This document shows, in pieces, positions 56,873 to 63,613 of a DNA stretch of 63,613 nt (within the stretch, counting starts at the first letter, position 1; each line of letters opens with the position of its first letter). This stretch comes from a virus. Its lineage: Duplodnaviria; Caudoviricetes. The notes beneath the pieces were generated by a model. The model had not been told where the DNA came from. It was given only the letters and a program-made list of their open reading frames with translations, and searched no databases. Both the position numbers and the translations under genes were made by a program. Location of the stretch: positions 1-63,613 of the IMG/VR virus record IMGVR_UViG_3300044638_006592; one strand, 5' to 3'.

Positions 56873-57625
56873 ATGTCAAAAAGAGAACTTGAAATTGTTG
56901 CTATCTCAGATGTACATTTAGGTACTTATGGATGCCATGCGGAAGAATTAAATAACTACCTGAAATCAATAAAAACTAATATATTAATATTAAATGGTGA
57001 TATATTTGATGGATATGTTTTTGATAAAAAATACTTTGATAAACATCAGCTTGAATTTATTAGAATTATTTTACAATTCTTAAAAAACAATACAAAAGTA
57101 TATTATATAACAGGTAATCATGACGATTTTTTACGAGATTTTGATACCATAGAATTTAATAATTTTATTAAGGACGATAAATTGATATTAACAATAAATG
57201 GTAAAAAATACTGGATATTTCACGGAGACGTATTTGACATTTCGGTAAAAGGGAAATTGGGTAAATTTTTAACAAAAATAGGTGGTAAATCATATGATTT
57301 CATAATATATTTAAACAGAAAAATTAACTTACTATTAAAAAAAATTAATAAAAAACCATTTTCCTTATCTAAAAAAATAAAAGAAAATGTTAAAAGAGCT
57401 ATTAAATATATTAGTGATTTTGAAAAATTATCCTGTGAACATGGAATTGATAAAGAATTTGATTATGTTATAAATGGTCATATACACGAACCTAAAATTG
57501 TTGAGTTTAAAAATGAGAAAGGTTCTATTATATATATGAACTCAGGCGATTGGGTTGAAAATCTAACTAGTTTAGAATTTGATGGTATTGGATGGAAAAT
57601 ACATAGATATAATGAAAAAAATTAA
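56873..57625 (+). CDS. LpxH-like metallophosphoesterase (UDP-2,3-diacylglucosamine diphosphatase family)
   Basis: ISDVHLG, LNGDIFD, GNHD, FHGD, GHIH, NSGDWVE. Confidence 0.85.
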   Translation: MSKRELEIVAISDVHLGTYGCHAEELNNYLKSIKTNILILNGDIFDGYVFDKKYFDKHQLEFIRIILQFLKNNTKVYYITGNHDDFLRDFDTIEFNNFIKDDKLILTINGKKYWIFHGDVFDISVKGKLGKFLTKIGGKSYDFIIYLNRKINLLLKKINKKPFSLSKKIKENVKRAIKYISDFEKLSCEHGIDKEFDYVINGHIHEPKIVEFKNEKGSIIYMNSGDWVENLTSLEFDGIGWKIHRYNEKN

Positions 57626-58619
57626 AATACTATACGGTATACAAACCACAGGAAATGGACATATTTCACGTTCAGTAGAAATTATAAATAAAATACAGAA
57701 ATTTGAAAATTTTGAAATTGATGTTTTGTTATCGGGTCAACAAAAAAACATTGAATTACCTGAAAATATAAATGTAATCAAAAGATTAGATGGATTAAAG
57801 TTTAATACCAATGAAAAAATAAACTTAATTAATATCTTCAAAGGGAATAATTTAGTAAGATTTTTTAAAGACGTTTACTATTTGAATTTAAAAGGTTATG
57901 ATATTATTATAACAGACTTTGAACCCGTAACTAGTTGGGCGGCAATACTAAAAAGGAAAAAAATATTAGGTATTGGGAATCATTACAAATTTTTATCCAA
58001 AAGATTCAGTACTAACATGTATTACAATTTAAATAAAATAATGTGTAAGATAATATCACCAATAAGTTCATACATTTATTTTGATTATTTTAAGGGTGAA
58101 AAATCTTGTTTACCTATCATTAAAGGTGATTTAATACGTAACAAAGGTAAAATAGAAACAAACAAAAAAACTATTTTGACCTATATTCATTCGGTGCCAT
58201 GGCACCAACAATTGGTTCAATTTTCTAATCTTAGTGACTATAATTTCATCATATATACTTCGGATAAAGACTTACCTCAACAAACAATCAGAATTGCTAA
58301 TTTTAAAATAAAACAAGTTAATTCAAAAACATTCAACGATGACTTATTAAAGTCAGACGTTGTAATATGTAATGCTGGGTTTCAATTAACTAGCGAATGT
58401 TTATTTTTAGGGAAAAAATTGTATGTAATACCGATAAAAAATCAAATAGAACAGATTTATAATGCAGAACAATTAAAGAATATTGGTATTACGTCAGAAA
58501 AGCAAATTATAAAAGAAAAATTAATTGATTTAATTGAATCGGATTTTTTTGTTGAAATTAATTTTGACCAACAATACGAAACGAAAATCATAGACACGAT
58601 TAATGATATGGTTAAATAA
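57579..58619 (+). CDS. GT-B glycosyltransferase (MJ1255/VC2487-like)
   Basis: KILYGIQTTGNGHISR, ITDFEP, CNAGF...E...GKK...P...QIEQ. Confidence 0.85.
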   Translation: MMVLDGKYIDIMKKIKILYGIQTTGNGHISRSVEIINKIQKFENFEIDVLLSGQQKNIELPENINVIKRLDGLKFNTNEKINLINIFKGNNLVRFFKDVYYLNLKGYDIIITDFEPVTSWAAILKRKKILGIGNHYKFLSKRFSTNMYYNLNKIMCKIISPISSYIYFDYFKGEKSCLPIIKGDLIRNKGKIETNKKTILTYIHSVPWHQQLVQFSNLSDYNFIIYTSDKDLPQQTIRIANFKIKQVNSKTFNDDLLKSDVVICNAGFQLTSECLFLGKKLYVIPIKNQIEQIYNAEQLKNIGITSEKQIIKEKLIDLIESDFFVEINFDQQYETKIIDTINDMVK

Positions 58620-58643
58620 GTTTTTTTATATATTTATCTCTAA

Positions 58644-59141
58644 ATGAACCTAACTGAAAACATAAATAGGATTAAACAAATGATGGGTATTATCAAAGAA
58701 GATATCCACTTTAATAATTGGTCTATACCTTCAAAAAAACAATTAAGATTAGAATATCAAATTGAACACGAATTAAAGGATGAAAATTACTTTGATTCAG
58801 AAAAAGAGTTTCTCAAAGCGGTAAACAACGGAAAAATAATTACAATAAAATCTGAGGATGATTCGGATATTATGAGTAGAAGTCGAAAAAAGAATTATGA
58901 TGACATTCTACAACTTATTAAGTCATATAAGTCATATCCTGAGTTTAGAAACGAAGAAACGTTACAAAAGATATATGATGGGTTTAAAAATAATGATAAA
59001 ATGGATTTACCAATCATTATTGAATTCTCCGATGGAACAAGAAAAGTCTTTTCAGGAAACACCAGATTAGATGTTGCATTTCAATTGGGAATTGAACCAA
59101 AAGTTTTATTGATTAAAAGTGAAAATACAAACTATTTATAA
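58644..59141 (+). CDS. Phage protein with MNLTENI leader and ParB/Srx-like C-terminus
   Basis: LPIII...VFSGNTRL. Confidence 0.5.
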   Translation: MNLTENINRIKQMMGIIKEDIHFNNWSIPSKKQLRLEYQIEHELKDENYFDSEKEFLKAVNNGKIITIKSEDDSDIMSRSRKKNYDDILQLIKSYKSYPEFRNEETLQKIYDGFKNNDKMDLPIIIEFSDGTRKVFSGNTRLDVAFQLGIEPKVLLIKSENTNYL

Positions 59142-59154
59142 ATAAAATAAGTAA

Positions 59155-59541
59155 ATGAGTCAATTAAAAAATACATTAGAATCACAAATACCTATAGTTA
59201 AAAACTTAATATATTTAACTGAAAAAGAAACTTTTGGTGATATTGACATTTCATTAGATGACCTTGATTATGATGAAAATGGTTTATATTCTGTAATAAT
59301 TAGAGTTGAATTTTCCATATCTACAAATCCGGATTATAATTCAATTGCTGATACATTAACACATGTTAGTGAAAAAATAGATAATGTCCTCCAAAAAGTA
59401 TCTTTTAACCTTAATGGAAAATTAAAAAAACCTGAAGTAAGTGATATAAATTATTCTGGTACTATGGTACTAAGTATGGTGTTCACTTATGATGATGAAG
59501 AGTTAAGAATCACATCCCACTCGATGTTTAGTCGAATTTAA
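59155..59541 (+). CDS. Hypothetical protein
   Basis: 128 aa ORF. Confidence 0.5.
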   Translation: MSQLKNTLESQIPIVKNLIYLTEKETFGDIDISLDDLDYDENGLYSVIIRVEFSISTNPDYNSIADTLTHVSEKIDNVLQKVSFNLNGKLKKPEVSDINYSGTMVLSMVFTYDDEELRITSHSMFSRI

Positions 59542-59594
59542 TTTGACATAGTAAATTACATTTATTATTATTAGTCTTTCTACAAAATTAAAAA

Positions 59595-59951
59595 ATGAGA
59601 AAGATTTATCTTGCAATACCTTATACTGGTATGGAACAAAGTAGTTACGAACAAGTAACAAGTGCAACCGCACAAATAATAAATTCATACGAACTTAACG
59701 TTTTCAGTCCGATAACTCATTCACATCCACTAACAAAATATGGTGTGAAAGGAACATGGGATTACTGGCAAAGAATCGATTTCCAATTTATTGATTGGTG
59801 TGATGAAGTATGGGTTATGATACCAAAAGAAGGTGTTGACAGGGTTAAAAACTCAATAGGTGTTCAAAGTGAAATAGAATATGCAACAAACCTTGGAAAA
59901 CCTGTTAAATATATAACAATTCAAACAACAGTTCAGGAATATAATATATGA
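59595..59951 (+). CDS. DUF1937 / nucleoside 2-deoxyribosyltransferase-like protein
   Basis: IYLAIPY, VFSPITHSH, CDEVWV, SIGVQSEIEYA...GKPV. Confidence 0.75.
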   Translation: MRKIYLAIPYTGMEQSSYEQVTSATAQIINSYELNVFSPITHSHPLTKYGVKGTWDYWQRIDFQFIDWCDEVWVMIPKEGVDRVKNSIGVQSEIEYATNLGKPVKYITIQTTVQEYNI

Positions 59952-60122
59952 GATTCAAAGAATGGTTAAACAAAGGTGAAGGAGGTTCTTGGTATGAACC
60001 TTATGTTACAAATTTAGATTTGATACATATCTTTATTTTCACCTTAATAGGTTGTTTAATTATAATTTTGGGTTGTATGGTTATATCTTAACCAAATCAA
60101 ATTTCCATTATATTTATAATGG

Positions 60123-60455
60123 ATGAACTTACAAGAATCAATTAGAAAAGTATTAAGAGAGGTCAAAGAGGAATTCGAAGACTTCGCATCAACCCGTGGA
60201 AAAGGGGCTGAAAAAATTGCAAATAATGCAAAAGAAAAAGGGGGTTTAGCTCTCTTAACTTGGCATCATTTCAAAGTTAAATTACCATATTACAACAAAG
60301 CAAAAGAGGGGAAGATAGACATGGATGAGGTAAAAAAGGAATTTGATGCCACATACAAAAAAATATCATTAAATATGACTCAGATAGAGTTCCAAAGAGA
60401 AATGGGTCGATTAGAAGTTTTGGGCGAATTGTTAATTAGAAACAAAAAAGACTAA
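60123..60455 (+). CDS. Phage protein with MNLQESIRKVLRE leader
   Basis: Leader motif; ATATTTAT upstream. Confidence 0.6.
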   Translation: MNLQESIRKVLREVKEEFEDFASTRGKGAEKIANNAKEKGGLALLTWHHFKVKLPYYNKAKEGKIDMDEVKKEFDATYKKISLNMTQIEFQREMGRLEVLGELLIRNKKD

Positions 60456-60478
60456 ATTAAGTTACAAGAAAACATTAT

Positions 60479-61069
60479 ATGAGATTTATTATTACTGAAA
60501 CACAATATAAAAAGTTTTTAACTTCTAGCTCTAAAATGAGTGACTCGATAAAGAACTATTTAAATACATATATTTCAAATGGTAAACGAAAAATAGGGAT
60601 TAAATCTCGTAATTATGGTAATTTACGAGAAGATTGGTGTGTTAAGGGAAAAGAAACCATTACTGCAGTTTACTATTTTGAAAATGGAGAACCCATCCAA
60701 GGAAATTTATATGTTTCAAAATCACTTATCGATGAAATACAATCTTTTTTTAGTGTGAGAAAATCATATGTAATTCAAATAATTGAGGAATGGTATGATG
60801 AAACTATGGTTCCTGAATTTGAAAAAATAATAGGTGAAAGTGGTTTACATATAACGGATATTAATGACATTGAAGAACATGATTGTATTTCTGAACCAAC
60901 AAAACCTGAAGGAATTACTGATGAAGAAATGATTGATTTTATTGATAAGAATACTGCATATAGAAGAGTGGAAATCATTGATAAAATTAAAACAGGGGAA
61001 AGAGACCTTGAAGATTTCTATTTGGACATTGTAGATACTGTAGAAAGAAAAAAACAATTAGGTTTTTAA
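60479..61069 (+). CDS. Phage protein with MRFIITE leader
   Basis: Leader motif. Confidence 0.6.
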   Translation: MRFIITETQYKKFLTSSSKMSDSIKNYLNTYISNGKRKIGIKSRNYGNLREDWCVKGKETITAVYYFENGEPIQGNLYVSKSLIDEIQSFFSVRKSYVIQIIEEWYDETMVPEFEKIIGESGLHITDINDIEEHDCISEPTKPEGITDEEMIDFIDKNTAYRRVEIIDKIKTGERDLEDFYLDIVDTVERKKQLGF

Positions 61070-61079
61070 AACTATTAAT

Positions 61080-61556
61080 ATGAATTTACAAGAAACCATA
61101 AAGAGAATATTGAGGGAAGAAAGAGAAATATCAACTAAATTATTGAGAAGACTTAATTTTGATATATTGGATAAAGGGTTTAATGACGCATTAAACATTT
61201 CCTCAATTAGATATGTTAAACACATTGACAAATGGAATAATATGACATTGGAAAAATTTAAGAACATGGTCATATCGATGATGATGGATGATGTTTTTTT
61301 TAAAATTGTGGGTTATGACGAATCGTATGATTCTTTATTTGATGAAATATTTGAATTTTTGATGGAATATTATTCATCAGATATGGAGAAAACATATAGA
61401 TTTTTTCAAATCGGTAAGTTACCTAATTATAAAACAAGGGGAGAACAAAATGAGTCAGAACTAACAGAAAAGTGTTGGAAAGGATATACTCAAAAGGGGA
61501 TGAAAACAATGTTTGGTAAGAGATACCCAAATTGTGTAAAGAAAACGAAAAAATGA
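61080..61556 (+). CDS. Phage protein with MNLQETIKRILREE leader and C-terminal CWKGY...PNCVK module
   Basis: Motifs seen directly. Confidence 0.6.
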   Translation: MNLQETIKRILREEREISTKLLRRLNFDILDKGFNDALNISSIRYVKHIDKWNNMTLEKFKNMVISMMMDDVFFKIVGYDESYDSLFDEIFEFLMEYYSSDMEKTYRFFQIGKLPNYKTRGEQNESELTEKCWKGYTQKGMKTMFGKRYPNCVKKTKK

Positions 61557-62149
61557 GATTAGAAGAAACCATAAGAAGAATATTAAGGGAAGAAACTCAG
61601 GGTATTAATAAATTTATTGATACAATAGATTCCAAATTTAGATTATCGGAAGATTTAAAACAATTTTTGATTGATTTTATTAATAAATCAAATTGTAAGA
61701 ATATTGAGTTTTCAGGATTTAAAGCGCCAGCATTTGGTTTTGCTTTACATGATGGTGTACTAATTAATAAAATCATTTTAAATAATCAATTAGATTTTAT
61801 ATTGTTTGTTATTTTTCATGAGGTTGCTCACCAGTATCAATTTAAGAAATATGGTGTTGAAAAAATGTATGAATGTTATGTTGGAGATATGAGTGTTGAA
61901 GATGCTGCTAAATTCATGAAAAAAACTGAAGAAGTTGCTGATGATTTTGCCGCAAGAAAAATGAGAGAATTATATAAAAAAGGGTTAATTGATAGGTTAT
62001 ATATTGCACCTCAAATGTATAAAAATATGCCATTGAGTCAATTGATATTTATGATAAGTAATTATAAAAATCAGATGAAGAGTAAGAATATAACATCACC
62101 TGAGAAAATAAGTGAGTTTTTTTATAATATGGTTAAAAGTGAATTATGA
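61532..62149 (+). CDS. HExxH zinc-metallopeptidase-like protein with RRILREE leader
   Basis: FHEVAHQYQ...EEVADDFA; likely start MRLEET. Confidence 0.65.
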   Translation: MCKENEKMRLEETIRRILREETQGINKFIDTIDSKFRLSEDLKQFLIDFINKSNCKNIEFSGFKAPAFGFALHDGVLINKIILNNQLDFILFVIFHEVAHQYQFKKYGVEKMYECYVGDMSVEDAAKFMKKTEEVADDFAARKMRELYKKGLIDRLYIAPQMYKNMPLSQLIFMISNYKNQMKSKNITSPEKISEFFYNMVKSEL

Positions 62150-62517
62150 GATTACAAGAAACCATAAGAAGAATATTAAAAGAAGAATCCAAAAGAGATG
62201 AGATAATAGATTTATATCTAGCCAAAAGGATTTCATCTTTTACAAAATTTGATATGAAAGACGGATTACATCCAAGAATAGAATTTGTTGATGATAAATT
62301 ACACCATACAATGGTTGTAATAGATTTTAATAGACGTACACAGAAAAATGAGGTTCATATGGATGATAGTTTATATGGTGAAATATATAATATGTTTTCT
62401 ATGGATGGTTTTGAAGAAATACAAAAACATTTAAAAAGATGGTTTTCTAATAATTTTGATGGATTAAATGATATAAGTGAAATAGACACATTTGAAAATG
62501 ATGAATACATATATTGA
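62146..62517 (+). CDS. Phage protein with MRLQETIRRILKEE leader
   Basis: Leader motif; LKRWF tail. Confidence 0.6.
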   Translation: MRLQETIRRILKEESKRDEIIDLYLAKRISSFTKFDMKDGLHPRIEFVDDKLHHTMVVIDFNRRTQKNEVHMDDSLYGEIYNMFSMDGFEEIQKHLKRWFSNNFDGLNDISEIDTFENDEYIY

Positions 62518-63112
62518 TATGAACTTACAACAAACCATAAGAAGAATATTAAGGGAAGAAACCGAAATTCCTTTATTTATTAAAAGGAGATTCACACCTG
62601 AAGACCTTGAATGGTTAATTAACGATATTAAAGAATTAATTGAATTTGGTGAAAGTTTGGATACCGCAATTTATGATGGTGTTAGAGAATTTATTAAAGG
62701 TAAAAAATTTTCAGACATAGATGAGTTTGGTGATGAACAATCTTATTGGGATTCTTATTTAAAATATGAAAAACCATTGGTTAAATATGTAAAAGATAAT
62801 ATAAGCAATACACGGATTACCGAAGAAATCGGTGACAAAAAACACGATAAGTCCAGATTAATAGAGAAGTTATTATATACCACATTTGTTATACCAAATA
62901 AAGATATTGTATGTAGTGTTGAGGTAAAACATCCTGATGATAGGGAAGTACTGGAAGGTCAACCGAAATATATTAGTTATAGTATAACAATAACATTTAT
63001 TGGGGAAATTAGAACAAATACGTTAGGATTAATGAATGAAGTGTGGGGTATTGTATATGACTATACAAACACACCATGTGATATATATTCCAAGTACGTT
63101 AAAGAGTGTTAA
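62492..63112 (+). CDS. Phage protein with MNLQQTIRRILREE leader
   Basis: Leader motif; likely start near 62519. Confidence 0.6.
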   Translation: MKMMNTYIDMNLQQTIRRILREETEIPLFIKRRFTPEDLEWLINDIKELIEFGESLDTAIYDGVREFIKGKKFSDIDEFGDEQSYWDSYLKYEKPLVKYVKDNISNTRITEEIGDKKHDKSRLIEKLLYTTFVIPNKDIVCSVEVKHPDDREVLEGQPKYISYSITITFIGEIRTNTLGLMNEVWGIVYDYTNTPCDIYSKYVKEC

Positions 63113-63177
63113 TCATTTAGATTTAATGGGGGTTTTATATTATTTGTTAAAAACCAAATAAAAATTAAGACATGGAA

Positions 63178-63609
63178 TTAATAAATAAATTCTATTTCAT
63201 ATACGGGATGAATCTCGGTCCATCCATGTCTTTTATCAAAAACAAATGGTCCTGTAACCAAAACCCTATCACCTTTTTGGGGGATTAAAATACTATTTTT
63301 ATAATTAAAACAGATGGGGAATATTGTTCGGTGTCCACAAACAATCTCAACAACCAAACAACCATCTTGTTTGGTAAAATTTCTTTTATCCAAATAAGAG
63401 GTATCATCATGAAATAGGGTATCCAATTTTAAGTTAATATGGATATCACCGTCAAATGATTTTTTAATGGAATGGATGGTTCCAACAACGGAGATTTTAT
63501 CTTCAATCACTTTAAGTCTATGTGAATCAAAAACATGTTCCCAAATTTTAATATGGGATGAATCCGTGGGTGAAATAAATAAAAGGGTGGATAAAATAAA
63601 TGAAAACAT
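63178..63609 (-). CDS. Exported OB-fold-like protein (5' end may lie outside the window)
   Basis: DGDIHINL...VVEIVC...VTGPFVFD...WTEIHPV. Confidence 0.55.
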   Translation of the reverse strand: MFSFILSTLLFISPTDSSHIKIWEHVFDSHRLKVIEDKISVVGTIHSIKKSFDGDIHINLKLDTLFHDDTSYLDKRNFTKQDGCLVVEIVCGHRTIFPICFNYKNSILIPQKGDRVLVTGPFVFDKRHGWTEIHPVYEIEFIY

Positions 63610-63613
63610 ATAA

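Noticed and set aside
3639-61273. Many short antisense ORFs in the ORF track (for example 3639, 4830, 10596, 30939, 34802, 39039, 60775)
   Set aside because: Shadow frames opposite well-supported genes
1-63613. Stop-codon reassignment as seen in some large Bacteroidota phages
   Set aside because: Conserved genes are full length in the standard code, and TAG/TGA terminate ORFs normally

Overview
AT-rich, gene-dense 63.6 kb segment that reads as part of a large (jumbo-type) dsDNA phage using the standard genetic code. The host is most likely in Bacteroidota, judged from recurrent TTTG...TAnnTTTG promoters, a short sigma70, an Hc1-like protein and a LpxH-like/glycosyltransferase pair. Recognisable genes: SbcC/Rad50 fractured by a split intein with a free-standing Vsr-like endonuclease between the halves, sigma70, amidase, DnaJ, four orphan DNA methyltransferases, thioredoxin, glutaredoxin, SmpB, NUDIX, SPFH and a CCA/poly(A) nucleotidyltransferase. 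Many hypothetical genes share an ATATTTAT upstream motif and short N-terminal I/L-x-E motifs. Two systems stand out. (1) An integron-like cassette array at 33642-39651: TAAC...GTTA hairpin sites (five near-identical 48 bp copies, one 91 bp variant, one half site) separate about 7 cassettes whose two ends are mostly complementary, and the array ends at a hairpin-less attI-like site just upstream of a tyrosine recombinase that lacks the IntI-specific insertion. (2) Two cas-less CRISPR-like arrays (36 bp repeat, ~30 bp spacers) whose first repeat is the coding 3' end of two paralogous small genes; two spacers translate to bacterial UvrB and Amidase_3 motifs. Also seen: a tandem structured ncRNA pair, a tRNA-like RNA without a normal anticodon arm, and a probable catalytically dead MetK homologue. 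All family assignments come from motif recognition by eye; no database searches were run.
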